A stretch of DNA of 64,000 nucleotides. Source: an uncultured Acidobacteriota bacterium (GTDB lineage Bacteria; Acidobacteriota; UBA6911). Below, in pieces: positions 31,060 through 42,616 of this stretch. The stretch's first letter is position 1; the number at the start of each line of letters is the position of its first letter. Under the pieces are notes generated by a model. That model saw only the letters and a list, made by a program, of their open reading frames with translations, had not been told where the DNA came from and ran no database searches. A program made the position numbers and the translations under genes. The DNA is taken from contig CAWEJX010000010.1 in the NCBI GenBank assembly GCA_963809485.1, forward strand, positions 22,276 to 86,275. The letters are read 5' to 3'.

Positions 31060-32490
31060 ATGGAAACACAAATCCGCGAAAAAAGTACTGTCGCGGCCCT
31101 CTCGGTCGCGGCGGCCATATTTCTTACCGTCACGAAACTGGTCGTTGGCCTGATGACGGGAAGCCTGGGAATCCTTGCAGAAGCCGCTCATTCGGCCCTG
31201 GATCTGGCGGCCGCCGTCATCACTTTTTTTGCCGTGCGGATCAGCGACCGGCCTGCCGATGAGTCGCACCTTTACGGGCACGGCAAGGTGGAAAATCTCA
31301 GCGCTTTGGCGGAAACCCTGCTTCTGCTATTAACCTGCCTGTGGATCATCTTTGAAGCTCTTCGCCGCCTTCTTTTCGAGCACGTGGATGTGGATCCAAG
31401 CCTGTGGGCCTTCCTGATCATGGCACTGTCGATTGTTATCGATTTTTCGCGTTCCAGGGCTTTGTCGCGAATCGCCAAGAAATACCGCAGCCAGGCGCTG
31501 GAGGCAGACGCCCTCCATTTCAGCACCGATATATGGAGTTCCGCCGTTGTAATTGCCGGATTGCTTCTGGTGAAGTACGGGGAATACCGTGGAGGCGACA
31601 AAAGCTATTTCGAGCGTGCAGACGCGTTTGCCGCCCTGGTGGTTGCGATCATCGTCGTATACGTCAGCGTCAGACTGGGGCGCCGGGCGACAGACGCATT
31701 GCTGGACAGGGCGCCCAAAGGCCTGGCCGACCGCCTGGCGCTGGCGGTCGAAAAAATCGGCGGGATTCAGCGCGTGTCGCGCACCCGGGTGCGCGATGTG
31801 GGGAACCGCCTGTTTGTGGACCTCATTGTCGATGTGCCGCGCCATCTTTCATTCGAGGAAAGTCATCGGCTGACGGAGAAAGCACAGGAAACGGTTCATG
31901 CCATTGCACCCGATGCGGATGTGGTCGTTCACACCAACCCGATCGCCGAAAGCGAAGGTGTCCTGGAATGCATCCAGGCGACCGCTGCACGGGAACGCCT
32001 GGCGGCGCACAATGTGACCACGCACTGGACGGAGCGCGGCCTGTGGATCGATCTGGATCTTGAGGTCGATCCGACACTGAGCCTCGAACACGCGCACGAG
32101 CTGGCGACAGACCTTGAAAACACACTGCGGGCGGAACTGGCCCGGTCGAAGGTTTCGACGCCCATAGCGGGGATAAACGCACACATAGAACCGCAGGCCG
32201 AGGAACCGGTTGTCGGAGCGCCGTTGCAGGCGATCGAGGCAAGTTCCTACATTGCGCGGGTCCACGCGATTGAACGGGAGTTTTCGCGGACCGGCGGGTG
32301 TCACGACATAGAGTTGCACAGGATTAGGGGCAAAATCTATCTCTCGTGCCACCTGTTCATCAACGAGGGCGTGTCCATCGCCGAGGTCCATGAGATTGCG
32401 GAGGAAATGGAGAACAGGCTCCGGCGGGAATTCCCGGAACTCGGGCGGGTGGTTATCCACACGGAACCGAGGTCTGCCGGCAGTGCTTGA
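31060..32490 (+). CDS. Cation diffusion facilitator with repeated C-terminal dimerisation domains
   Basis: AEAAHSALD, HLYGHGKVE, ALEADALHFSTD; C-terminal units ending VVVHTNP, NAHIEP and VVIHTEP. Confidence 0.9.
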   Translation: METQIREKSTVAALSVAAAIFLTVTKLVVGLMTGSLGILAEAAHSALDLAAAVITFFAVRISDRPADESHLYGHGKVENLSALAETLLLLLTCLWIIFEALRRLLFEHVDVDPSLWAFLIMALSIVIDFSRSRALSRIAKKYRSQALEADALHFSTDIWSSAVVIAGLLLVKYGEYRGGDKSYFERADAFAALVVAIIVVYVSVRLGRRATDALLDRAPKGLADRLALAVEKIGGIQRVSRTRVRDVGNRLFVDLIVDVPRHLSFEESHRLTEKAQETVHAIAPDADVVVHTNPIAESEGVLECIQATAARERLAAHNVTTHWTERGLWIDLDLEVDPTLSLEHAHELATDLENTLRAELARSKVSTPIAGINAHIEPQAEEPVVGAPLQAIEASSYIARVHAIEREFSRTGGCHDIELHRIRGKIYLSCHLFINEGVSIAEVHEIAEEMENRLRREFPELGRVVIHTEPRSAGSA

Positions 32491-32580
32491 CAGGGCGGCA
32501 AAATCCCGGCATTGCCGGAGCGGGTTCGGCATGAGCCCGGGACCTTTTCGCGGGCATTGCCGGATCGATAGAGGATTTTT

Positions 32581-34104
32581 GTGAAATCACTCCAATCATT
32601 ATTTGTTTCACATCCGGGCATCATGCTGCTCGCACTCGGCATGCTTGCGGCTGTTTTGCTGCGTGTGCCTTACTATCAGCACTCGCTGATATTTGTGGAT
32701 GAGGGCATTTATGCAAGCACGGCATCCGAACTGGTTTATGGGAAGACGCTATACCGGGATGTCTGGTGCAACCATATGCCGATGGCCATTTATTTCTGCG
32801 CATGGATGTTCTCTGTCTTCGGCGTGAACTCGGCTGCGATTCATGCCGGTTCGCTCCTGCTTGCGCTGCTTGAGTGCCTGCTCCTGTATTTTATCGGGTC
32901 CCGTTTCCTATCTCCCAGGGCCGGCGGGCTGGCAGCCCTGGCCTATGCCGTAATCAGCGCAAATTTCTACACCCCGCGAATCATCGGATACACGCCCGAA
33001 CAGCTTACGGTGGTTTTCTCTACAGCGGCCGTCTATTTATTCCTGCGCGCGCTGGAAATTCGCCGGCCGGGAGGATTTTTCTGGGCAGGATTGCTGTCCG
33101 CGGCAGGCGCCTTCTCGAAGCCATCCGCCGCTCCCGAAGTTTTGATGTTCAGCTTTTTCGTGGTGATTTTTATCGGCAGAGAGAACAAGGCCGGAAAAAT
33201 GCTGTGGCTGCTTTCCGGCACCGCGGCCGGCGTTGCGGTATTTTTAGGTATTTTGCATCTGAATGCAAGCCTGGACGACTGGTGGCTTCAAAGCGTACTT
33301 ACGCGCGTCCACTATGTGAACCAGGTATCCCTGGCGGATTGGATCCGGATCGGTGGGCGCCAGCCGCTCGGTTTTGGGCTCGTTTATTTGTGGCTGTGGA
33401 TATGGATCTGGAGCGGGCGGAAAGGAATCGCCGCAGGTGGCACAACGGGATGTTTTCTCTGGGTATGGCTTGCCGCCGCCTTTGCGGGAGTCGCCATCGG
33501 CAGGAGGTTTTATGCCAATTACTATATCCAGGTGTTCCCGGCGCTTTCCCTGATGGCAGCGGCCGCGATCGACCGTATGCTCCGGGACGGCATTCGGCGC
33601 CGGCACAGGACCGCCGCCTGGGCGGGCGCAGCTCTTCTGGCCGCAACGTTCCTCTGGTTACAGGCCCGCACGCTGGCGCACTGGTATTTTCTTTTTGACC
33701 AGGCTGCGCATCAGCAGACCCGCATGTGGGACATGTGCGTGATTGATCGCGGCATGAAGGAGGCCGCAAATCAGATCCGCTCGGTTACCGGGCCGGAGGA
33801 TCGAATATTTGTCTGGGGGCCGAGCCCGGAGTTTTACTTTTTGAGCGGGCGCCGCATGGCAACCTCCTACCCGTTTTTCAACGTGATGGATGAATCCCAG
33901 CCGCCTTACGGTGAAGAGGAGAGCCATACGCTGCGGGCGCTGCTTGAAAAGCCCCCTGCCGTGATTGTAGATCATTTCAAAAACATCAAAATGGCAGACA
34001 GGCCGGGATGGAGCGCGCTGCTGTCCAGGCACTACCGTCTCCTTTACGCAAGCAGCGAGGTCCGTCTCTATGTCCGCCAGGAAAAATCAGCAAAAAGCCG
34101 GTGA
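32581..34104 (+). CDS. GT-C (ArnT/PMT-like) membrane glycosyltransferase
   Basis: DEGIY motif after the first TM helix, LYRDVW, many TM helices, IFVWG. Confidence 0.8.
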   Translation: MKSLQSLFVSHPGIMLLALGMLAAVLLRVPYYQHSLIFVDEGIYASTASELVYGKTLYRDVWCNHMPMAIYFCAWMFSVFGVNSAAIHAGSLLLALLECLLLYFIGSRFLSPRAGGLAALAYAVISANFYTPRIIGYTPEQLTVVFSTAAVYLFLRALEIRRPGGFFWAGLLSAAGAFSKPSAAPEVLMFSFFVVIFIGRENKAGKMLWLLSGTAAGVAVFLGILHLNASLDDWWLQSVLTRVHYVNQVSLADWIRIGGRQPLGFGLVYLWLWIWIWSGRKGIAAGGTTGCFLWVWLAAAFAGVAIGRRFYANYYIQVFPALSLMAAAAIDRMLRDGIRRRHRTAAWAGAALLAATFLWLQARTLAHWYFLFDQAAHQQTRMWDMCVIDRGMKEAANQIRSVTGPEDRIFVWGPSPEFYFLSGRRMATSYPFFNVMDESQPPYGEEESHTLRALLEKPPAVIVDHFKNIKMADRPGWSALLSRHYRLLYASSEVRLYVRQEKSAKSR

Positions 34105-34142
34105 GAAATGCGGGTTGGCAGAGGATGATCGATAATTCTATT

Positions 34143-34507
34143 GGTAAACCCCGGCTCTGGGCTATAAGTTTGACAGCTCCGTATTTTGAAACGCTGAGAT
34201 ACGCTGACAAACGATTTGTTCGGCGAGGGTCGGCGAGCAAAGCCAATGAGGCGCTTCCGATGGAGTTTTCTGCGGCGGCACTGTGGCAAGCGCCGTGCGG
34301 CAAGGAGATGGAGGTTATGGGAAACCGGGCGTTTGCCACAGTGCCGCCGCAGAAACTGTCCAGCGCCGAGCGCTGGCCCGCGGGGATCGGAAGCGCCTCA
34401 TCGGCTTTTGCCCGCGTAAGTCAGCGTTCAAGACCAGCGTAATTCCTCCAACCGCTTTGAGCGGTTCCAATCTTTCAAGCCTGCGGCTTTGCCCGAGGTG
34501 CCTGACT
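34143..34507. mobile_element. Non-autonomous IS200/IS605-like miniature element, copy 1
   Basis: Left end GTAAACCCCGGCTCTG...GTTTGACAGCTCC, right end CAACCGCTTTGAGCGG...TCAAGCC..CGGCTTTGCC.GAGGT.CCTGACT. Near-identical blocks recur at 58964-59196. No transposase. Confidence 0.65.
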
Positions 34508-34528
34508 TTTTCGGCATTGGGTACGGTT

Positions 34529-35968
34529 TTATTGGGGGCTTCCGCCGAACTCGATTCCCCTTTTCTCCCTGCCCAATGCGGCGACAACGGCGCCCAGGAT
34601 AAAGACAGTCAGCGCAGTTCCCGCCATGGCATTGGCGTAGTTCATACGTTCGGCAAACAGGGCTTCCAGATAGCCTACGCTGCCGGCCAGAAGAACGCCG
34701 CATTGATAAGCAAACCCCGGGAAAAATCCCCTGACCGCGTCCGGCGATAATTCCGTAATGTGCGCCGGGATGACGCCCCATGCTCCCTGGACCATAAACT
34801 GCATCAGGAAGGCGCCCAGCGCCAGCAAGGCGGTATCCGGGGCGTAAGCCCAAAGAGGGATGATGAGGATGGCAAGAAGCAGGGCGGTCACGATTCCCTT
34901 CCGGCGGCCGAATCGGTCGGAGAACAGCCCGCAGCATATGCCGCCTGCCAGAGCGCCCAAGTTGGCGATGATGGTCACTCCCGCGGTTAATTGAACGGAG
35001 AAGCCGCGATGCGTCTTCAGGAAAGTCGGGTACATGTCCTGAGTCCCATGGGCGACAAAGTTCATCATGGTCATCAGCGCAACCATATAGAAAAACAGCT
35101 TTCGATGGCCTTCGGCCACGCGCCAGGTTACGTCCGCCATGAATGCAATCAGCAGTGCCCCGAAAAAGACAATGCATCCCCGGAATAAGCCCGAGGTTAA
35201 ATAGCCGGTCAGCAGCGGATTGCCGCTGATCCAGGCCGCCGCTCTCGTGAGCACGAAATCCGAAAGGGCAGCCGCGGCCGCGATCAGGAAATAGGCGTGG
35301 ATGTGCGAGCGGACCGACGACCAGAGCGAGCTCCAATCCCTTCTGCGGGTCTTTTCCCAAACTGTCGATTCTTTGACCTTCCGCCGGATGAACCATGCCA
35401 AAATGGCAGGAGCTCCGCCGATAAAAAACATCGCCCGCCAGCCCAGGTAAGGAAAAACAAAAAAATAGGCCAGCGAAGCCATGATGTACCCGATGGCATA
35501 CCCTTCCTGAAGGACCCCGGAAAGAATTCCACGCCATCGGGCCGGCACGGCTTCCATGGCCAGAGAGGCTCCAACCCCCCATTCTCCACCCATGCCGATC
35601 CCGAAGAGAGCCCGCAGGATTATGAAGGTGGTGTAATTGGGTGCGAGACCGGAAGCAATTTCGATCACTGAATAAAAAACCACATCGATCATCAGAGGGA
35701 TGCGCCGCCCGTAACGGTCGGCCATCAAGCCAAAAATGAAGGCGCCCACGGGTCTGAATGCCAGAGTGGCGGTCAGGGTTAGGGCCATGTCCGCGTGGCT
35801 GCATTTGAAATCCTTGGCGATATCCGTCAGGACCATGACGACGATAAAAAAATCGAACGCGTCCAGCGTCCAGCCAAGGAATGAAGCGACCAGGGCATTC
35901 CGCGAATCTTTGAGCTTTTCCGCAGGAGCAGGCTCGGCCGATGCAATTGTGCCCGACATCGGATGCAT
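34529..35968 (-). CDS. MFS transporter, sialate/carboxylate:H+ symporter family (NanT/Jen1-like)
   Basis: GWTLDAFDF, ADRYGRR, GIGMGGEWG, HGTQDMYPTFL, QGAWGVIPAH. Confidence 0.88.
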   Translation of the reverse strand: MHPMSGTIASAEPAPAEKLKDSRNALVASFLGWTLDAFDFFIVVMVLTDIAKDFKCSHADMALTLTATLAFRPVGAFIFGLMADRYGRRIPLMIDVVFYSVIEIASGLAPNYTTFIILRALFGIGMGGEWGVGASLAMEAVPARWRGILSGVLQEGYAIGYIMASLAYFFVFPYLGWRAMFFIGGAPAILAWFIRRKVKESTVWEKTRRRDWSSLWSSVRSHIHAYFLIAAAAALSDFVLTRAAAWISGNPLLTGYLTSGLFRGCIVFFGALLIAFMADVTWRVAEGHRKLFFYMVALMTMMNFVAHGTQDMYPTFLKTHRGFSVQLTAGVTIIANLGALAGGICCGLFSDRFGRRKGIVTALLLAILIIPLWAYAPDTALLALGAFLMQFMVQGAWGVIPAHITELSPDAVRGFFPGFAYQCGVLLAGSVGYLEALFAERMNYANAMAGTALTVFILGAVVAALGREKRGIEFGGSPQ

Positions 35969-36187
35969 GCCTCACGATGGTTCGAATGAATTAGCGCGCT
36001 TGCTGTGGTGAAACCTATTGTAGTACGGCTTGAGGCTAAAAAGCCACAAAATGGCTAATTTCGAATTTTGGACGCCGCCCTACACAGGCATCGGACCCCC
36101 CCCTGATCGGTATGCCGGAAAATTGGGCGCGGGAGTGCGATGCGGTTATAATAGCTCTCCGTCTGATGAATTCATTGGGATGAGGGA

Positions 36188-36979
36188 ATGACTTACGTTG
36201 CCTTGACCATCGCCGGCTCTGATCCTTCAGGAGGCGCCGGCATTCAGGCCGACCTTAAAACCTTTCACCAGAGAGGCGTCTACGGGACAAGCGTCCTTAC
36301 TCTGATAACGGTTCAAAACACCCAGCGGGTGAGTGTTGTGGAATGCCTTTCGCCTCAGATCGTTGCGGCCCAGCTTCAGGCGGTATTGGAAGACATTCCG
36401 CCCTTGGCTGCCAAAACGGGGGCACTCGGTGATACCGGAACTATCAAGGCGATAGCCGAGCGCGCGCGGGATTTCAAATTTCCCCTTGTAGTGGACCCCG
36501 TGATGGTCAGCAAGCACGGCCATCCGCTTATTACGGGCGAAGCCCGGCAGACGATGGCAGAACTCCTGCTTCCATATGCCTTCCTGGTCACCCCAAATCT
36601 CCCCGAAGCCGGCGTATTGGCGCACATGACAGTTTCCGATCCGAGCACTATGAAGGAAGCAGCCCTCAAAATCGCCGCGCTGGGGCCTCAGGCGGTACTG
36701 GTCAAAGGCGGTCACCTCAAGGGAGAAGCATTGGACCTACTTTACTGGCAAGGCAAGTTTTTTTATTTTGAATCGCCGCGGATCGAGACTGCGCATACTC
36801 ACGGGACGGGTTGCACATATTCGGCCTGCATTACGGCCGAACTCGCGAAGGGCCGAGGGCTCGAGCAAGCCGTGCATATTGCCAAACAGTTTATCACCCG
36901 GGCAATTGAGACCGGGCCAGGCTTGGGCAAAGGGGCCGGACCAATAAATCATCACGCAACCATAGAAGAGGAGCGATAA
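36188..36979 (+). CDS. thiD: Hydroxymethylpyrimidine/phosphomethylpyrimidine kinase
   Basis: TIAGSDPSGGAGIQADLK, VDPVM, TPNLPEA, HGTGCT. Confidence 0.95.
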   Translation: MTYVALTIAGSDPSGGAGIQADLKTFHQRGVYGTSVLTLITVQNTQRVSVVECLSPQIVAAQLQAVLEDIPPLAAKTGALGDTGTIKAIAERARDFKFPLVVDPVMVSKHGHPLITGEARQTMAELLLPYAFLVTPNLPEAGVLAHMTVSDPSTMKEAALKIAALGPQAVLVKGGHLKGEALDLLYWQGKFFYFESPRIETAHTHGTGCTYSACITAELAKGRGLEQAVHIAKQFITRAIETGPGLGKGAGPINHHATIEEER

Positions 36980-37062
36980 GTTTGTAGTTGGCGAAGTTGT
37001 GCGGATATCCTGACATCCGAAAGCATAAATGGGGGAATAGAGCCTGTTTTGGAGATATTGGA

Positions 37063-37893
37063 ATGGAACTGAATCGCGTACGCCCGCCCAAAGCCTATGA
37101 AGACGCCGAATTCCTGAATGGCGAAGACGCCCGCCTGATCCGGATTCTCAGCGAATATCTGGAGCCCGAGAGCAGGCTGAAAATGCAGCGTGTCAAAGAT
37201 ACCATTGTTTTTTTTGGCTCGGCCCGGATCCTGCCCCGGGATGAGAGTGAAAGGGGGCTTGCCGATCTCAGGAACAGGCTGGTTGGAGAAAGCGTGGCGG
37301 ACAGACCGTCCGCAGAGGACATCGTTCAGGCGGAACGGGCGGTTCAGTTGTCCCGGTATTACGAAGACGCTTCAACTCTGGCGCAGATGATCGTGCGATG
37401 GGCCAGGACCCTGAACGGGGGATTCAAGCGCCTGATGATCTGCTCCGGCGGCGGCCCCGGAATCATGGAAGCCGCCAACCGCGGTGCCCGCGAAGCCGGC
37501 GGCCAGTCCATCGGCTTCTCGATCAGCCTTCCGATGGAACAGCAGATCAATCCTTACGTTTCAAAGGAATTGGCTTTTGAGTTCCATTATTTTTTCATGC
37601 GCAAATTTTGGTTTGTTTATCCGGCGCTGGCGCTGGTGATTTTCCCGGGAGGATTCGGCACCCTGGACGAGGCTTTTGAGGTGTTGACACTGGTGCAGAC
37701 GAGGAAATATCCCAAAAGAATGCCGGTGCTGATTTACGGATCCGATTATTGGAAGCAGGTGCTGAATTTTGACGCCATGGTGCGTTGGGGTACAATCTCG
37801 CCGGACGATCTGGAGCTGCTTCACTATTCCGACGATCCGCAAAGTGCCTTCGACTACCTGAAGACGGAACTTACGCGGATCTATAGCCTCTGA
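37063..37893 (+). CDS. LOG family (TIGR00730-like) nucleotide phosphoribohydrolase
   Basis: [35 protein letters not shown]. Confidence 0.9.
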   Translation: MELNRVRPPKAYEDAEFLNGEDARLIRILSEYLEPESRLKMQRVKDTIVFFGSARILPRDESERGLADLRNRLVGESVADRPSAEDIVQAERAVQLSRYYEDASTLAQMIVRWARTLNGGFKRLMICSGGGPGIMEAANRGAREAGGQSIGFSISLPMEQQINPYVSKELAFEFHYFFMRKFWFVYPALALVIFPGGFGTLDEAFEVLTLVQTRKYPKRMPVLIYGSDYWKQVLNFDAMVRWGTISPDDLELLHYSDDPQSAFDYLKTELTRIYSL

Positions 37894-37998
37894 TCTTCAC
37901 TTCTCCAAGGGTTCCGCAGCCTTGAGCTGTGCGAGGCCGAAGCACAGGAAATTCACTCAAAACCGTGTAATTCGGGATTTTTTTATCTAGAATATCGT

Positions 37999-39339
37999 AT
38001 GGACGAATTTCTGCTGCAGCGTCGCTACGAGGAAAGCCCGCCTTCACCCAAGGATCATCGGCATCCTGCGGAAAGGGACCGCGACCGCATCCTGCACAGC
38101 GCGGCGTTCCGCCGGCTTCAGGGGAAAACCCAGGTTTTCGGCATCGGACAGGCAGATTTTTATCGCACACGCCTGACTCACAGCATCGAGGTTGCCCAGA
38201 TTGCCCGGGCCATTTCCCACAACCTCCTCATCGAGCAGCCGCTGCTCGATCGCTGCCTGGTGCCTGAACTGGCTGAGGCGGCGGCTCTCGCGCACGATCT
38301 GGGCCATCCGCCATTCGGGCATGCGGGGGAACAGACGCTAGACGCCTGCATGCGGGAGGTAAGCCGCCGGGCGCATCTGAAAGGCAAGCGCGCACTTCGA
38401 TTTGAAGGTAATGCGCAGACCTTTCATATTTTGGTGTCGGCGGAGCCGAAATCCCCTTCCTATCCGGGACTGAATCTGACGCGGGCGACGCTCGCCGGCG
38501 TTCTGAAATACCCCTACGAACAGGATATCGGCAACGACAAATTTATTTTTTCGTCGGAACTTCCCGTAGCCAAATGGGCGCTTCAGCACGGGGCCGCCAT
38601 TATGCATACGAGCAAAAATTCGGGGAGGCGGCAGCCCAAGACATCCCTTACCTGCCAGATTCTCGATTGGGCGGATGACTGCGCGTATTCGATCCATGAT
38701 GTGGAGGATGCGCTGCAGGCCCAGTTCCTGCACCCGGGTGAGCTTGAGGATGCCCGGTTCGGCCGGCGAGTTTTTGCCCATTACGAGGAAACCCGTGAAG
38801 AGGAGGAAGTTCCCAGGCTGGCTTTCGCGGAGGTGCGGGAGCGGCTCCTGGACCTGGAACGGAGAATCCGCTTTCCGGAGCACGGCGATGAACGGGCTTA
38901 CCGGAAATCGGCGATGCGAAACATTCTCAACGATCTGATTACGTCCGTTTTGCTTGAAACCTGCGCGGGCGGCCGTCGCTCGGATTTTTCCTGGCGCCTC
39001 ATCGTCCCGCCTGAAGCGCGGATCCTTTCCGTGCTCTGCAAATCCGTCATATGGGAAGCCGTGATTACGGATCCAAGAGTTGCCGCTATGAGCACCAAGG
39101 GGCGGGAAATCCTGAGGGATCTCTTTCATCTGCTCCTCGAAGAGGTCCTTGAGAAAAGGAGCGCTGCCCTTTTCCCCAGATATTACAGGAATATTGTTGA
39201 AGGCTGTTTCGGAAAGGGGCAGATGGAGGCGGCCCGTGCAGTGTGCAATTTCCTCGCCCTGCTGACCGATATGGATGCCCTCCGGCTCCATGCCCTTCTT
39301 CGTGGATCCAAGTCGTCCTCCATTTTCGATTTCATCTGA
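37999..39339 (+). CDS. dgt: dNTP triphosphohydrolase (dGTPase-like HD protein)
   Basis: RDRDRILHSAAFRRLQGKTQV, RTRLTHSIEV, AHDLGHPPFGHAGE, FEGNAQ, ADDCAYSIHDVED. Confidence 0.9.
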   Translation: MDEFLLQRRYEESPPSPKDHRHPAERDRDRILHSAAFRRLQGKTQVFGIGQADFYRTRLTHSIEVAQIARAISHNLLIEQPLLDRCLVPELAEAAALAHDLGHPPFGHAGEQTLDACMREVSRRAHLKGKRALRFEGNAQTFHILVSAEPKSPSYPGLNLTRATLAGVLKYPYEQDIGNDKFIFSSELPVAKWALQHGAAIMHTSKNSGRRQPKTSLTCQILDWADDCAYSIHDVEDALQAQFLHPGELEDARFGRRVFAHYEETREEEEVPRLAFAEVRERLLDLERRIRFPEHGDERAYRKSAMRNILNDLITSVLLETCAGGRRSDFSWRLIVPPEARILSVLCKSVIWEAVITDPRVAAMSTKGREILRDLFHLLLEEVLEKRSAALFPRYYRNIVEGCFGKGQMEAARAVCNFLALLTDMDALRLHALLRGSKSSSIFDFI

Positions 39340-39370
39340 GCGGGGGACACAATTGCCGGGAGAATATGCG

Positions 39371-39796
39371 ATGAGAAAAGCAAAACGCATTCTGGTAGGG
39401 CTGAAAACATTCGATCATGCCGTTGAGCTGACCGATCTTGCATGCCGCGTGGGCGCGGCCAATGCCTCGCTGATGCTGGCTCATGTTATTGAGCTGCCTG
39501 AGCCAACTCCCCTGGACGCGGATGTGCCGGAGATGGACGCGGAAGCAAAGCGTATCCTGGGTGCTGCGGAACGCGTGGCCCGGCGCACCGGGATGAAGAT
39601 TTCCCGCCAGGTGTTCCGGGCGCACAATGCCGGAGAAGCCTTGCTCGAGGAAATGAAGCAAAAAAAGATAGATCTGGCAGTTCTCGGATACCATCACAAG
39701 CGCACGATCGGGGAAATACTTTTGGGCACTACCTCCAAACATCTTTCCCGCCATGCACCCTGCAAGCTGCTGCTCAGCATCCCCGTGCGGAAATAG
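39371..39796 (+). CDS. Universal stress protein
   Basis: RILVG, LAHVIE, DLAVLG, LLGTTSKHLSRHAPC. Confidence 0.85.
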   Translation: MRKAKRILVGLKTFDHAVELTDLACRVGAANASLMLAHVIELPEPTPLDADVPEMDAEAKRILGAAERVARRTGMKISRQVFRAHNAGEALLEEMKQKKIDLAVLGYHHKRTIGEILLGTTSKHLSRHAPCKLLLSIPVRK

Positions 39797-39979
39797 GTGG
39801 CGGTCCGGCATCCCGTATTTCAAGCCTTCGACAAATCCAGCTTCAGGCCGCAAAAAATGCAAGCCAAAAGGTCCGTGGCCCTCAACCTGGGGCGTGCGAT
39901 CCGTCCGAGCATGGTGCAGTTGACAGGAGACAGGCGGTTGGATAGGCTTTTGCCTTTGGTATTTGCGGAATATTTCTGA

Positions 39980-41434
<1,455 letters not shown>

Positions 41435-41554
41435 TCATTGACGATTGGAAGCATGCGCCGGCAACAATGGATCCGTTTTAGATTTCTTCGTGATGATCCC
41501 CTGAAATAATGTGCCTCATCGATTTTTGCCAATGTATTTGAGCGGTAAATTTCC

Positions 41555-41611
41555 AATGGGAGGCCCATCGGCTCTGCCGGAGAGGCTCTATCAGTTTGTC
41601 AAATACGGGAG
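41555..41611. repeat. Solo IS200-like end / palindromic 57 bp element
   Basis: AATGGGAGGCCCATCGGCTCTGCCGGAGAGGC...GTTTGTCAAATACGGGAG; homologous to 48226-48282. Confidence 0.6.
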
Positions 41612-41622
41612 GATGCGTGTTT

Positions 41623-41713
41623 GAATATCGGATGTCGAATATCGAATGTCGAACCGCAAAGGTTGGTTCTGGACTACGAAATTCATCATTCGCCATTCGA
41701 CATTCTGCGGCTC
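41623..41713. repeat. Inverted heptamer repeat pair (GAATATC/GAATGTC ... CATTCGA)
   Basis: Four heptads at 41623-41650 and complementary ATTC heptads at 41681-41705. Confidence 0.7.
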
Positions 41714-41768
41714 AAAAAAGGGTTGGCAGTCTGTATCGGGACCTGCGGTTTTGGTTTCAATCGTCAAT

Positions 41769-42443
41769 TCACATAAAGCTCATGTCACGCAGAAACCTCT
41801 GAACCGAATCGTAGTTCATGTAGGGATTGGTTTCCTTTTGCTCGCCGATTGTGGATTTCGGGCTGCCCCCGTAGTCGTGCCCGGGGTAAACGGCAATATT
41901 GTCGTCCAGTCCCCGCAGTTTTTGGTTCAGGCTCCACCACATTTTCTCGGGCTCTCCGCCGGGCAAGTCCACGCGGCCGCATGCGTCGACAAAAAGCGTG
42001 TCTCCCGAAAAAAGGCAGTTTTCAGCCAGAAAGCACTGGGATCCCGGACTGTGACCCGGTGTATGCAGGCACTGGATCCGCAGTCCGCCGACATATATAG
42101 AATGTCCATCGGAGACTTCCTGGAAATTGCCCGACCGTCGGTTCATGAATTCTGTGGACATCCCGAAGCTGCGGGCAGCTTCACGCATGTATTCCACTTC
42201 GTCTTTATGGATGTAAACCCTGGCGTCGGTTGCCTCGAGAAGCGGTTCCAGAGCGTTTACATGATCCGGATGCCCGTGCGTCAAAAGGATATGCTTGATA
42301 TTCAAATTGGAGGCTTGCGCCATACGCATAATGGCCGGCGCGTCCCAGGCCGGATCCACAACCCCCGCCTCCCTGGTTTCCTGGCATCCGATCAGGTATA
42401 CAAAGTTCATCATCGGGCCGATCTCGGCCTGTTTAAGAATCAT
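41769..42443 (-). CDS. MBL-fold metallo-hydrolase (glyoxalase II-like)
   Basis: THGHPDH, HTPGHSPG, FSGDTLF, YPGHDY. Confidence 0.92.
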   Translation of the reverse strand: MILKQAEIGPMMNFVYLIGCQETREAGVVDPAWDAPAIMRMAQASNLNIKHILLTHGHPDHVNALEPLLEATDARVYIHKDEVEYMREAARSFGMSTEFMNRRSGNFQEVSDGHSIYVGGLRIQCLHTPGHSPGSQCFLAENCLFSGDTLFVDACGRVDLPGGEPEKMWWSLNQKLRGLDDNIAVYPGHDYGGSPKSTIGEQKETNPYMNYDSVQRFLRDMSFM

Positions 42444-42616
42444 ACTTCCCAATTCCGTGTCCCCCTTCACGATAAAGAGTATACAAAAAAAAGGGGACAG
42501 GCTACTGTTTCCGAGGAGGCTCTGGGAAGGCGGGAATGACAGGGATAGAATAGCATCCTGTGGAATAACGATTTCGGTTGGGATCTCGGATTAAGACAGG
42601 CAATCGGAACAGAGAA

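Noticed and set aside
34428-35975. Long alternative-frame ORFs (also 14799-16007, 284-1375, 11027-12253, 38338-39390)
   Set aside because: They overlap well-supported genes and have Arg/Gly/Pro-rich, motif-free composition typical of GC-rich shadow ORFs.
35969-36187. TPP riboswitch upstream of thiD
   Set aside because: No GCTGAGA or CTGA...GTAATGCC...GGGA core is visible.
37999-39339. dGTPase as an anti-phage defence system
   Set aside because: It sits among housekeeping genes (thiD, LOG, USP, proS) with no defence or mobile neighbours.
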